DNA from: Torpedo marmorata
Lineage: Eukaryota
Assembly (NCBI GenBank): GCA_977017645.1
Contig: OZ360219.1
Coordinates: 254,634,001-254,698,000, forward strand
DNA length: 64,000 nt
Reading direction: 5' to 3'
A program made the translations under genes and the position numbers. Under the pieces are notes generated by a model that was not told the DNA's origin, ran no database searches, and saw nothing but the letters and a program-made list of their open reading frames with translations. Below, in pieces: positions 1 to 12,820 of this stretch (the first letter of the stretch is position 1; every line of letters begins with the position of its first letter).

Positions 1-330
1 AGTGGACAGAGATAGGTTGGTTGAGTGGACATATAATCTGGTGGATTAAATTTAATGCATGCAAATCAAGCACAGATAATGTAGACTAATAATCCTTCAG
101 GAGTGTAGAAGTGCAGACACCTGAGTTGTAGATGTGCTTAATTAATTGAATGTGGGAAGACACACGAAAAAAGTGGTTAATAAAACAAATGTGATCTGGG
201 GCTTTAGAGAAAGAGCCTAGAGTAGTGAAGGAGGGATGTTTTATTGAGCCTGTACAAAATACTGGTCAGCACACACGTGCGATATTGTGCATAATTCTGG
301 TCAGCACACTTTGGGAAGGATTTGAAAATG
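1..330 (+). mobile_element. Degenerate CR1 LINE ORF2 C-terminal fragment
   Basis: Decayed LYKxLVRxHxxYCxxFWSxH-like codons at ~250-310. Confidence 0.6.
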
Positions 331-695
331 AAGGATGTGAGGACAGAGCTGAAGGTACTAAATGAATACATTTGCATCTCTCTTCTCCAGAGAAGAGGTT
401 AGTTTCCAGATAATAGCGAAGAAGGAGAAAGCTGAGACACTAGATACATTATAATTTTATAGCATGGAGATATTAGATAAATTGAACTGAAAGTGGGTAA
501 GTCACTAGGACCAGATGGGATGCATCCTATTTTTCAAAGGGAAGTAGTAGAAATCATTGGGGCACTGACATAAATCTTTGAATGTTCTTTGGATTTGGAA
601 GAGTTATCAATGGACTTAAGGATGGCAAATGTTTCCCTTGTTCAAAATGGGGGATAAGGGTAATTCCAGCAACCATTTTCAAGTCAGTTTCAACC

Positions 696-2597
696 GAACG
701 GTAACAGGAAATAATGAGTCAGAATGCAGGATGGAGATTGAGAATCTGGTTGGATGGTGCCAGAACAACAATCTTATTCACAATATTATCAAGGCCAAGG
801 AACTCATGAAGGATTTTAGGAAGGGAAGGTTTAAGGGCCACACACCTGTCTGCATTAATGGGATGGGGTTAGAGAGGGCTAGAACCTTCAAATTCCTGTA
901 TGTCCATATATTGGTAGACCACTCCTGTTGCACATTGAGGCAACTGTGAAGAAGGCACATCAACACCTCTACTTTTTAAGGAGTCTATCTGTCATCGGAT
1001 ACACTATCAAACTTCAACAGGTGCACTGTGCACTGGTTGCATCACAGCGTGGTTTGATAATTTGAGTACCAGGGATGCAGAAGGCTATGGAGGGTAATAA
1101 ACATAGCCAAATCCAACACAGACTCCGACCTCCCATCCATTGAAGATGTCGATGTGTGGCGCTGCCTTAAGGCAGCCAACATCATAAAGGAAACCCATCA
1201 CCCTGGTCACAATCTCTTCTCACTACTACCTTCAGGAAGAAGATACATAAACCTGAAGTCCAGTAACTCCAGGTTGAAAACAATTTTTTTTCCAAATGGC
1301 TATCAGGCTTTTGAACCTCCCCATACTAATCAAATCATAAACTACTCTGACACCACTAAAATACCTGTCTGCATTATTGAAATGCCACTTTTTTTCTTGA
1401 ATTTCTGTAAGGGTCGAAACTACACCCTCTGTAATTGGATCCTTGACTTCCTGAGAGGAAGACCTCAGGCAGTCCGGATTGGAAACAGCACTTCTAAGGT
1501 CATTACATTGAGCACGGGGGCTCCCCAGGGCTGTGTGCTTAGTCCATTGCTGTTCACTCTGCTGACTCATGACTGTGCTGCAAAACACAGCTCGAATCAC
1601 ATCATAAAGTTCGCTGATGATTCGACCGTGGTGGGCCTTATCAGTAAGAACGATGAGTCAGCATACAGAGATGAGGTGTAGCCGCTAATGGAATGGTGCA
1701 GAGCCAACAACCTGCATCTGAATGTAAACAAAACGAAGGAGTTGGTTGTCGACTTCAGAAGGGCACGGGGGGATCATTCTCCATTGACCATGGACGGCTC
1801 TACCGTTGAGGTCGTAAAAAGTACCAAGTTTCTTGGAGTGCACTTGGCGGAGAGTCTCAGCTGGTCCCTCAACACCAGTTCCATAGTCAAGAAAGCCCAG
1901 CAGCGATTTTACTTCCTGCGAAGGCTGAGGAAAGTTCATCTTCCACCCTCTATCCTTACTATATTCTACAGGGGATGTATTGAGAGTATTCTGAGCAATT
2001 GCATCACCGCTTGGTTTGGTAACTGTACCATCTCGGACTGAAAGACCCTGAAGAGGATAGTGGGGTCAGCGGAGAAAATTATTGGAGTCTCTCTCCCCAC
2101 CATGACGGACATCTGCAACACACGATGCATGAGGAAGGGAAAAACATTGTGAAGGATTTCTCACACCCCTTTGGTAAACTGTTTTCCCTTTTGCCATCTG
2201 GAAGGAGTTACCGAAGCACTCGGGCTCGTATGTCCAGACTGTGCAACAGTTTTTTTCCCAAAGCCATCAGGCTCCTCAATTCCTAGATATATATGTGTAT
2301 TAGCATGTTATAGTTTTTCTATTGTATTATGATATTTATGTACATCTGCCCATGGTCCTGGAGAAACGCTATCTTGTCTTACTGTGTATATGGTAATGAA
2401 CGACAAATAAAGGTGACTTTACTTGACTTGACTTGAAGGGTGAATATTTATTATTTCTGTGAGTACTGGAGTAATGTAATGTATATTATTAGAGTTATTT
2501 TTTTGAAACAAAGTACCTGTTTGGCTGTAGCAGTAAAACTTTTGGTACATGTGTACATTGGGCTTACGAGTGTGACAATAAATTCATTATCATTATC
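696..2597 (+). mobile_element. Older Rex1/Babar LINE 3' part (696-1414 and 2442-2597) ending AATAAA plus (CATTAT)n
   Basis: NNESECRMEIENLVGWCQNNNL..KELMKDFRK and [16 protein letters not shown] motifs. Same tail family as the copy at ~46560-47695. Confidence 0.8.
1415..2435 (+). mobile_element. Younger 5'-truncated Rex1/Babar LINE nested in the older Rex1 3'UTR
   Basis: [34 protein letters not shown]; tail AATAAAGGT plus (GACTT)n; 6-bp TSD AAGGGT at 1409-1414 and 2436-2441. Confidence 0.92.
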
Positions 2598-5500
2598 TGC
2601 TCAGTGGTGGAAAAGCTTTTGAAATGATCTGGCACAGGATTAATAGTCACTCAAAGAAATGGATAATTAAGAAGGATAACGACCATAAATTTTTTAAAGA
2701 CAAATTGCTTAACCTGCACAATAGAATTTTTTGAAGGAAGTTTACTGAGTCGATGAGGGTAATGCAGTCAATTCATGGTCTTCTAGAACTCTTTTTAATA
2801 AGGTGCCACTTCACAGTCTTATAGACATATGGCACAAAAGGGGATCGTGAAAGCATGGATATAAGGTTGACTAAGTAACAGACAAGAGAATGTCATAGAG
2901 TTATATAGTGCAGAACAGGCACTTTGGACCAACTCGTCCATGCTGACCAAGTTGGCATTCTGGGCTAGTCGCATTTGCTTTCATTGATTCCAGATCCTTT
3001 TAAGCCCTTCCTATTCATATTTCTTTCCAAATGGCTTTTGAACTATGTAATTGTACACACTTCTATAGCTTTCTCTGGAAGCCCATTTCAGATACGAACC
3101 ACCCTTTAAGTGAAAAGGTTTCCCTTCAGGTCTTTCATAAATCTTTTTCCTCTTAATTATGCCTCTCATTATAGAATCATCTATCCTAGGAAAAAGACTA
3201 AGCATTACTTTTATCTATTCCCATTATGATTTTATAAACCTCTATAAGGTCACCACTTAGCCTTACACTCCGGAGAATAAAGCCCCAGTCGATCCAACCT
3301 CTTCCTATAACTCAAGTTCTCTAATGCCAGCAACATCCTGGTGAATCTCCTTTGCACCCATTCCAACTTATTGATGTTCTTCCTACAGAATATTTTGGTA
3401 ACCAGAACAGTATACAGTACTCCAAGTGTGGCATCACAAACACCCTTGTGCAGCTGCATCATAAGGCAAAAGGTTTTATACTCAATTCCCTTCCCAATGA
3501 ACGCAAGTATGCCAGATGCCTTCTTCATGATTTTGGCCACCTCAGTTGCCACTTTCATGGAACTATGCACCTGTACCCTGGATTTCTCTGTTTTACAGCA
3601 GTCTCCAGGGTCCTACCATTCACTGTACAAGTCCTACCCTGGTTTGACTTAACAAAGTGCAACACCTCACGCTTGTTAGAGTTAAATTCCATTAGCCACT
3701 CTTTGGCCCACCTTCTCAATTCATCTAGATCCTGTTGTAAACTTGGATATCCTTCCACACTGTTCCTAATTCTGGTGTTATCTGCACATTTGATAGTTAT
3801 ATTAATGACATTGTCATCAAAATCATTAATACATATAACAAACAACAGTGGACCCAGTACCAAGCCCTGCAGCATGACCCTGGATACAGGTCTTGAATTA
3901 GAAGAGTACCCCTCCACTATTACCCTCTGAATCCTTCTACTGAGCCAGTTTTAACTACAATGGGCCAGCTCACCTTGGATCCCAAGTGATTTAACCTTGC
4001 AGACTAACGTTGCGTGTGGGACCTTGTCCAGGGCCTTGCTAAAGTCTATATATATAATAACCCAGATTAGGTAGAGGAGATGGCATCCAGGACAGCGGTA
4101 TGCTCCAACTGCAGGATGTGGAAAATCTGGGGCAGAACAAGTCTCCCTGATAACTACACCTGCAAGAAGTTCATCCAGCTGCAGATCCTTACAGACAGTG
4201 ATCAGGAACTGGAGCTGGAGCTCGACGAACTGCACATTATTCAGAAGGCAGAGGGGATGATAGAAGCTACAAGGAGAAAGTTACAGCCAAGAGGCAAGAG
4301 GTAGGTAACTGGGTGACTGTTAGGAGAGGGAAGCGGAATAGGCAGCCAGCACAGAGCACCCCTGTGGCCGTTCCCCTCAACAATAAGTATACTGCTTTGG
4401 ATACTGTTGAGGGGGAATAATCAACCAGGGAAAAATCGTAGTAATCAGGTGTCTGGCACAGAGTCTGGCCCTTCAGTTCAGAAGGGAAGGGGAAGAATGG
4501 GAGAGCTATGATAGTTAAGGGAATAGATACTCTGAACGAGATTGAGACTCCCGAATGGTATGTTGCCTCCCAGGTTCCAGGGTCAGGGATGTCTCAGATC
4601 GAGTTCACAGCATTCTCAAGAGGGAGCATAAGCAGCCAGATGACATGGTTGACATTGGTACTGGTGACATAATCAGAAAACGGGATGAGGTCCTGAAGAG
4701 GGAATATAGGGAGTTAGAAAGGAAGTTAAAAAGCAGGACCACAAGAGTGGTAATCTCGGGATTGCTGCCTGTGCCATGCACCAGCAAGGGCAGGAATAGG
4801 AAGTTATGGCAGATGAATGTGTGGTTGAAGAGTTGTGCATGGGATAGGGGTTCAGATTCGTGGATCATCTGGGGAAGATATGACCGATACAAAAAAAGGA
4901 CGGGTTGCACCTGAACGGGAGGGGCACTAATATCTGGTGGGTAGGTTTGCTTGAGCTGTTGGGGAGGGTTTAAACTAGTTTGACAGGGAGATGGGAACCA
5001 GAATGAGAGGGCAGTGAATAGCGCAGAAGATACACAAGTCGATGCACTGTGTAGTGAGATTGTGAGAAAGGATAGGCAGTCATTAGGGCAAAATTGCAAG
5101 TGTAAGATTAAGGATTTAACTTGGTGTACTTTGGAAACAAAATTGAAAAGAGTGATGAATATAGCACTGAAGGTCTTGTATTTAAATGCCCACAGTATAA
5201 GATATAAATTTGATGATCTAGTAGTGCAGCTGGAAGTTGGGAGGTATATTGTGGCCATCACTGAGTCGTGGCTGAAGAAAGACCACAGTTTGGAACTAAA
5301 TATCCGTGGATACACAGTGTAAATAGGACAGGAAGGTAGGCAGAGGGTGTGGGGTGGTTCTGCTGGTTAAAAATAGAATTAAATCTTTGGAGAGAAGAAA
5401 CATTGGATCAGAAGATATAGAATTACTCTGATTAGAATTAAGAAACCGTAAGAGTAAAAATACCCCGATGGGAGTTGTAAACAGGCCCCCAAACAATAGC

Positions 5501-6482
5501 CAGGATGTGGCGTGGAAACTACAGAGGGAGACAGGGAAGGCATGCATAAATGGCAATATTTCAATAGTCTTGGGGGATTTCAATATACAAGGTAATTGGG
5601 AAAACCAGGTTGGTTCTGGATCCCAAGAGAAAAAAATTATCGAGTGCCTTCAGGATGGCTTCTTAGAACAGCTTGTGGCTGAGCTGACCTGGGAAATGGC
5701 AATTCGAAATTGTGTATTGTGTCCTGTGGCCGAGGTGAGGAGAAAGCTATCCAAGCGTACCTCCCAGAAACGTTGGACCCATTTCAATTCCTCTATAGAC
5801 TAAACCATTCCACTGATGATGCTATAGCCTTGTCCTTCCATTCTGCCCTGACCCACCTGGAGAATAATGCTACATACGCCAGGCTGCTGTTCTTTGAATT
5901 CTGGACTTCCTAACAGAAAGACCATAGTCTGTCCGGGTCGGCAGCAGAATGTCGAGCACCATCAATGCCAGATCCAGCTCCAACAGAGTCATCGTTTGCA
6001 GATGACACAACAGTAGTTGGTCTCATCAGCAACAACGATGAGTTGTACAACAGAGAAGAGGTGTAAAATCGCGTGATATGGTGCGAGAAAAACAACCTGA
6101 GTCTCAATGTGGACAAGAAAAAGGAGATGTTCGTGAACTTCAGGAGGACTAGGAATGACCACCCTCCACTACACATTAATAACTCAGTAGTGGAGAGAGT
6201 GGAGAGCACCAAGTTCCTCAGAGTCCATTTAACAAGTGACCTACCCTGGACAGACATCTCCTCACTTGTCAGGAAGGCGCAACAGTGACTGCACTTCCTG
6301 AGAAGACTGAGGCGGGCAAGGCTACCGGCCACCATCCTATCAACTTTCTAAAGGAGCTCTATTGAGAGCATCCTGGCCGGCTGCATCACAGTGTGGTATG
6401 GTTTTTGTAGAGCATTGGATCAAAGATCATTCCACAGGACCATAAGAGCAGCAGGGAGGATCACTGGGGTCTCCCCCACCCC

Positions 6483-6727
6483 CAGGGTGGGCACCAAGGG
6501 GGGGCATTCACGGGCATTGCCCCCCCAAACGAGGTGCTGTGCCCCCCCCATACACTCGCGGCCATCGCTCGCGGTCAGACCCGCCCCCGCCACTAGCGTG
6601 CGTCAAGCGTCACTAGCGACTAGCTATTTACCCCTCCCCCCCCGCTGAGTGAGTTTACGAGTGTTGGACTGTGCCCCCCCGGTTACCCTAATGCCCCCCT
6701 CTAACACTCGTTCTGGCGCCGACCCTG
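6483..6727. mobile_element. Non-autonomous hAT MITE (245 bp)
   Basis: TIRs CAGGGTGGGCACCA / TGGCGCCGACCCTG (12/14 match); exact 8-bp TSD CCCACCCC at 6475-6482 and 6728-6735. Confidence 0.9.
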
Positions 6728-6959
6728 CCCACCCCCAAACAATGTGATCCACCGGGATCATTGTTTGAAGAGGATGTGCAAAATCATTGAGGACCCCCAC
6801 TTCCCCACACATGGCATCTTTCAGCTACTCCTATAGGGAAAGACATACAGGAGTATCAGAGCCACAACCACCAGGCTGAGAAACAGCTTCTTCCCACAGA
6901 CAGTGAGACTGCTGAAAGACTGAATGAACTGCTCATTTTAATCCTTCGAGACTCTACTA

Positions 6960-7638
6960 CAGGTGCCTAACCTTTTATCCGAAAACCTTGGGACTGGACA
7001 CTTTTTGGAATTCGGATTTTTTCGGATTATAGAATTATAGAGGCCGACGTCTCTGCTGCTGCCGGGAGGCCGACGTCCCCGCTGCTGCCGACCTGGGAGG
7101 CCGACGCCACTGGCCCCGTTGTGATTTGGAACGCTGACCTATCTCCTGACCTGCTGAGAGGCCGACGCCGTCTGTGATCCTGACCTGCCTGGAGGCCCAC
7201 GTTGGCTGTGCTCCTGACCTGCCGGGACGCTGATGCTGCATGAGCTCCAGACCTGCCGGGAGGCCGACGTCGGCCCTGCTCCTGCGTTGTGATTTGGAAT
7301 GCATGTGCAGATTTCCATCGCTTTCTCTCCCTCTTCAGTCTCTCTCCCTCCCCAGCGACGGCAATCTGCGCATGCATTCCAAATCGGAGGCGCTGGATAG
7401 AGGGGGGGGGGGGGTTGCAGTGGCGGCCGTACCTATATGTCATCTCCGCTTCTGCCGGTAGGCCGATGTCCCCGATGTTCCACTAACTACCGACGCGGAC
7501 TGATACAGGATTTTCAAGCGTGAGTTAAGTGTAGGTCGCGTCGGGTCATGTTTGGTGAGCACATGACATCCATGAAAAAAAGTTTGGTTTTCGAAGGTTT
7601 CCGGTTTTCGGAATTCCGGATTAAAGGTTAGGCACCTG
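6960..7638. mobile_element. Tc1/mariner (pogo/Tigger-like) MITE with internal GC-rich tandem motifs
   Basis: TIR CAGGTGCCTAACCTTT(T/A)ATCCG at both ends, TA duplication (6958-6959, 7639-7640), repeated GAGGCCGACG motifs at 7040-7275. Confidence 0.9.
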
Positions 7639-10629
7639 TATTTATTAAACAATACATATTTATTTTTATATATGTATATATGTACTGCATATGTATTGTT
7701 TATCCGAATTTGTGTTATGTCTGGTTGTGTGTTTGCAAGTTTTGCACCGAGGACTGGAGAACTCTGTTTCATCGGGTTGTACTTGTACAATCGGATGATA
7801 ATAATAAACTTGAACTTGAACTTGAACTAGAGTTGATAAGGGAGCTGAAGGTAAGGGAACCTTTCAGAGACAGCGATCATAATATGATAGAATTCGCTCT
7901 GCAGTTTGAGAGGGAGAAACTAAAATCAGATGTGTCCGTACACCAGTGGAATAAAGGGGACTACAGAGGTATGAGAAAGGAAATGTCCAAAGTTGATTGG
8001 AAAGGCACACTAGCAGGGAGGATGGCTGGAGTTTCTGTGAGAAATAAGGAAGATGCAGGACAGGCATATTCCAAAAAAGAAGAAATATTTGAATAGAAAA
8101 ATGACAAACCTGTAGCTGACAAGAGAAGTGAAAGGCAAAGTAAAAGCAAAAGAAAGGGCATACAAGGAAACAAAAATTAGTGGGAAGAGGCAGGACTGGG
8201 AAGCTTTTAAACATGTACAGAAGGCAACTAAGAAGTTAATTTGGAAGGAAAAGATGAACTTTGAAAGGAAACTTGCAAATAATAACAAAATGTGCACCGA
8301 AAGCTTTTTAAGTATATTAAGAGTTAAAAAAAAATGGTGAGAGTAAGTATAGGACCAATGGAAAATGACACTGGAGAAATTGTAATGGGAGACAAGGAGA
8401 TTACAGAGGAACTGATTGAGTATTTTGCATCAGTCTTCACTATGGAAGATATTAGCAGTATACCTGACTTTCAAGGGTGTCAGGGAAGAGAGGTGAGTAC
8501 AGTCACAATCACCAGGGAGAAGGTGCTTTGGAAGCTGAATGGTCTAAGAGTAGATTAAGTCCCCCGACCAGATGGAATGCTCCCTTAGGTTCTGAAAGAA
8601 GTAGCTTTAGAGATTGTGGAGGCATTAGTAATGATATTCCAAGAATCAATAGATTCTGGCATGGTTCCAGCGGACTGGAAAATTGGAAACGACACTCTCT
8701 TATTTAAAAAGGGAGGGAGGCAGCAGAAAGGACCTGTTAGACCTGTTACCTAACATAGGTTGTTGGGGAGTCTGTTATCAAGGATGAGGTTCCGGAGTAC
8801 CTAGAGGTGCATGACCAGATAGGCCAAAATCAGTATGGTTTCCTTCAGGGAATATCTTGCCTGACAAGTCTACTGCAATCTTTTGAGGAAAACACAAGCA
8901 GGCTAGACAAAAGAGATGCAGTGTTGTTGTACATTTGGATTTCAAAAGATCTTTAACAAGGTGCCACACGTGAGGCTGCTCAACAAGATGAAAGCCCATG
9001 GAATTACAGGAAGGATACTAGTATGGTAGAGCATTGGCTGGTCGGCAGGTAATAGAGAGTGGGAATAAAGGGATCCTATTCTGGTTGGCTACCGACATTG
9101 TATGTTAATGATTTTGATTGTGGAATAATGGCTTTGTGGCTAAGTTTGCAGATGATATAAAGATAGGTGGAGGGGAAGGTAGTGATGAGGAAACAGAGAG
9201 GCTGCAGAGAGACTTAGATTAGGAGAATGGGCAAAGAAGTGGCAGGATACCCTAAAGGTTAACCTCCAGGTTGAGTCGGTGGTGAAGAAAGCGAATGCAA
9301 TGTTGGCATTCATATCCAGAGGAATAGGATATAAGAGCAGGGATGTGATGTTAAGGCAATATAAGGCACTGGTGAGGCCTCACTTGGAGTACAGGCTACA
9401 GTTTTGGGCTCCTTATTTAAGAAAAGATGTGCTGGCATTAGAGAGGGTTCAGAGATGATTTACAAGAATGATTCCTGGAATGAAGGGATTAGCATATGAG
9501 GAACGTTTGACTGCTCTTGGAATGAGGCAGGACTTCATAAAAGCATTTTGAGTGTTGAAAGGCCTGAACAGAATAGATGTGGCAAAGTTGATTCCCATTG
9601 TAGGAGAGTCTAGGGCAAAAGAGCACAACTTCAGGATTGAAGGGCGTCCATTTAAAATGGAGGGATTTCTTAGCCAGAGAGTGGTGAACCTCTGGAATAT
9701 GTTACCACGGGCAGCTGTGGAGGCCAGGTCATTGGGTATATATCAGACAGAAATTGATAGGTATCTGAATAGTCAAGGTATCTAAGGTTATGGGGAGAAT
9801 GCAGGGGAGAGGGGCTAAGAGGGAAAATGGATCATCTCATGTTGGAATGATGGAGCAGACACAATGTGCCAAATGGCCTACTTATGCCCCTAAATCTTAT
9901 GGCCTTATGATCGTATAAAAGATCATAAGGCCACCTCTTCAAAAACTCTATCAGATTTTTGAGACTCGATCTGCCATGCACAAAGCCATGCAGACTACCT
10001 TTAAACAGTCCCTGCTTACCCAAATGCTGGTGGATCCTGACCTTCAGAAACTCCTCCGGCATCTTTCTCACTAGTGATGTCATGTTCACCAGCCTGTTGT
10101 TCCTTGGCTTGTCCTTGCTGCCTTTTGCAATAACAGCACATTAGCCACCCCAACCCCCTGGCATTTTACCCAAGGCCAAAGATTATGTAAATATCTCTGC
10201 AAGTGCCTCCACAATTTCTTTAGTAGCTTCCCACAAAGTTCAGGATGCACTTGATCAGGTCCTAGGGATTTGTCCACCTTCATGTGCTCCAAGGTCGCCA
10301 ATACCTCCGTCTTGGTACATTGTAGATGGTGCAGGATATTGCAACTCATTTGCTTCGACTTTTTCATCGGCTCCACAATAAAGACTGATGCCAAATATTC
10401 ATTTAAAATACCATCCATCTCCTGTGGCTCCATGTATCCCAATGTGCTCCCTGACTGACACTTCAGTCACTTGCCCTATCTTGTTCCGTAAGAGGAGGTT
10501 CATTTTTGTGTCCTCTCTTGTAGTACCCTCAATATATTGATTTAGGAAGCTTTCTTGGACACAACAAATTCTATTGCTTCCAAGCTCTTTACACTCTGGG
10601 TGACTCAGACTATAACAGGGAATTTAAAA

Positions 10630-11852
10630 CAGGGGCACGCAACCTTTTTCCATGTGTGGGCCGGATGGTGTGTCAGTGGTTGAACGGTGGGCCACACTGA
10701 TGCTACCATAAATGAAATAAATACTGAAACACAATCATTATGTAATTGAAGTTTTCGATTGTCTCTGCTTGAAGTACGTAATGTACAATGTATGAACATA
10801 ACTGATGATAATTTATAAAAAAAAATCCACAGAAAAAGTTCAAGCAACGAGATCAACCGTATTCCTTCCAAAAACTACGATGATGCATTTCAGGTCAGGG
10901 ATAAATAAGAAATAGATAGATAGAACATTACAGCACAGTACAGGCCCTTCGGTCCTCGATGTTGTGCTGACCTATATATTCCTACCAAAAATAAAGTTCT
11001 AAACCCTTCCTACCTCGTAACCTTCTATTTTTCTTTCATCCATGTGCTTGTCGAAGAGTCCCTTAAATGCCTCTAATGTTTCAGCCTCCACCACCATCCC
11101 TGGTAAGGCATTCCAGGCACCCACAATTCTCTGTGTAAAAAACTTACCCCTGATGTCTCCCCTAAACTTCCCTCCCTTCACTTTGTACAGATGTCCTATC
11201 AGTGTAACAGCAGGCTGAAGACAACATTGGAGATCATGAGGGGTGGGAATGAACCCGGAGCGGGGTGCAGCAGTTACCCCCCAACCCTCCCCCCGCCCAC
11301 GGCCTCCGCCACAAGGTCCCCCGTTCCCTGGGGCAGAATCATCCAGACTGTCTCCCCTCCGCCCCCCGGCCGCGTCGGTAGCCAAACCAGCTGGGTACCT
11401 GAGGGTGGATGAATGCCCGCTCCTGTCCATGCACCATGGCCGCAGCCCGCCATCTCCATGCGGCCGGCAGATGCGGGACGACGGGTTACACGTCGGGGAG
11501 CGGGCGCCGTCTGCTAAACGGCTCGTGCCAAGCAATCGTCGCCACTCCCCACGTTAAAGGGCTCGTGCCAACCGACCCCGCCGTCCGCTAAACGGCTCAC
11601 GCCAAGCAATTGTCGCCACTCCCCACGTTAAAGGGCTCGCACCAACTGACCCCGCCGTCCACTAAACGGCTCGCACTGGGGAGCGGACGCCGCGCGTGAG
11701 GCGGCTCACGCTGGGAGAGGACGCCACACGTGAGGCGGCTCACACTGGGGAGTGGATGCCGCGCGTGAGGTGGCTCGCTCTGGGGTTGCGGGCCGGATAA
11801 ATTTGGATCGCGGGACGGATTTGGCCCGCGGGCTGTAGGTTGCCCACCCCTG
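10630..11852. mobile_element. Non-autonomous hAT (Charlie-like) element inserted in the CR1 endonuclease GDF motif
   Basis: TIRs CAGGGGCACGCAACCT / AGGTTGCCCACCCCTG; 8-bp TSD ATTTAAAA at 10622-10629 and 11853-11860; internal ~75-bp and ~35-bp tandem repeats at 11510-11790. Confidence 0.9.
10912..11196 (-). mobile_element. Short CR1 3' end inside the hAT element
   Basis: GHLYKVKGGKFRGDIRGKFFTQRIVGAWNALP; tail (TCTA)n; close match to 43346-43645. Confidence 0.85.
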
Positions 11853-12310
11853 ATTTAAAATCTCCCAGTTATACTACCCTATTATTTTTATAGCTATCTG
11901 TGATCTCCCGTCATATCTGCTCCTCCAATTACCATTGACTATGGGGGGTGGGGGGTCTACAATACAGTCTCATCAAACTGATCATTTCCATTTTGTTTCT
12001 AATTTCAAACCATATAGCTTCACTTGACAATCCTACAAATATATCCTCCATATTCGCTGTTGTTATGTATTCCCTCATCAAAAAAATAATGCCCCTCTTC
12101 TCTTGTCAGCACCTCTATCACAATTTCAGCATCTGAACCCTGAAATTTTGAGCTGCCAGGCTTGCACTTCTCTCAGCCAGCTCGTGTTGTTTTTCAAACA
12201 GGAGGTAGGGAATGAAAGTTCTCCCTGGAGGTCGGTGTTTGGGGCCATTGCTTCTTTTGATCCATTTAATAACCAATGCTTGTGCATGTAAGCCACGATT
12301 TCTAAAATGC

Positions 12311-12820
12311 GAATGATACAAACGTTGGCAGTATTGTGAATTGCAAGGACGATAGTGAGAAACTGTAGCAGGATATAAATGGCTGATGGAGTGGGCAGAG
12401 ACACGGCAGATGAAGTTTTATGGGGAAGAATCTGAGGTGATGAATTTTGGTAGGAAGATTGGTAGGACAACGTAGAATAAAGGAAAGCTAGAGCAGAGGA
12501 TTTGGAACACATATCAAAAGTGGTGGAAAAGGGATGCAGGAGGGACTCAACAGGCTAAGTAGTATCCACGGAGAGAAATGGACAATCAATGTTTTGGGTC
12601 AGGAACCTTCACTAAGTAAAAGGCTTCTGACTCGAAACTTTGACTATCCATTTCTCTCCATGGATGCCGCCTGACTTGTAGAGTCCCACCAGCTTCTCTT
12701 CCTTCACTTACAATGCCAGCACCTGCAGTTTCTAGTGTGTCATGCAAAGTGGCAGGGCAAGTTGAGAAAATGATTTGTAAGGCATTTTTTGTTCAGGGCT
12801 TTATCAACAGAGGCATGGTG
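12311..12820 (+). mobile_element. Old CR1 RT fragment interrupted by a palindromic element
   Basis: DTNVGSIVNCKDDSEKL.QDI..WAETRQMKF, continuing after ~12745 with GFINRGM. Confidence 0.6.
12525..12745. repeat. Palindromic element made of two head-to-head Penelope-type terminal repeats
   Basis: ATCCACGGAGAGAAATGGACAATCAATGTTTTGGGTCAGGAACCTT is mirrored by AAGGCTTCTGACTCGAAACTTTGACTATCCATTTCTCTCCATGGAT; arms resemble the Penelope 3' end at 31200-31300. Confidence 0.7.

Larger units (their letters stand above)
345..2890 (+). mobile_element. Old CR1 ORF2 fragment split by Rex1 insertions (pieces ~345-695 and ~2598-2890)
   Basis: KSLGPDGMHP and ANVxPLFKxGDKGNSSN..VS lie before 695. The next CR1 motifs (SVVxKLL, then IEFFE-like) resume at 2598. 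Confidence 0.75.
5721..7828 (+). mobile_element. Rex1/Babar LINE fragment inserted in the CR1 endonuclease, itself hosting two MITEs
   Basis: LDPFQFLYR..STDDAI, FADDTTVVGLI, WCEKNNLSLNV, KFLRVHL; tail AATAAA plus (CTTGAA)n at 7803-7828. Confidence 0.88.
4060..9920 (+). mobile_element. Near full-length decayed CR1 LINE: ORF1 (zinc finger, coiled coil, SGNH esterase) and ORF2 (APE endonuclease, RT), interrupted at ~5720-7829
   Basis: ORF1: CSNC..CKK, CLPGSRVRDV, VDIGTGD, RVVISGLLP. ORF2: LYLNAHSI, VAITESWL, VLGDFN, SDHNMI, KFADD. 3' tail (CTTATG)n at ~9895-9915. Many stops, frameshifts and deletions. Confidence 0.9.
2893..12310 (-). mobile_element. Minus-strand CR1 LINE broken into three pieces (2893-~4055, ~9925-10629, 11853-~12310)
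   Basis: Endonuclease region at 11853-12310, KSLGPDQVHP and HGFVHGRS..NLIEF at 9925-10440, then IYIDFSKALDKVPH, QGLVLGPLLF and LEWVQRRFTRML toward the 3' tail at 2893. The pieces are collinear. Confidence 0.8.
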
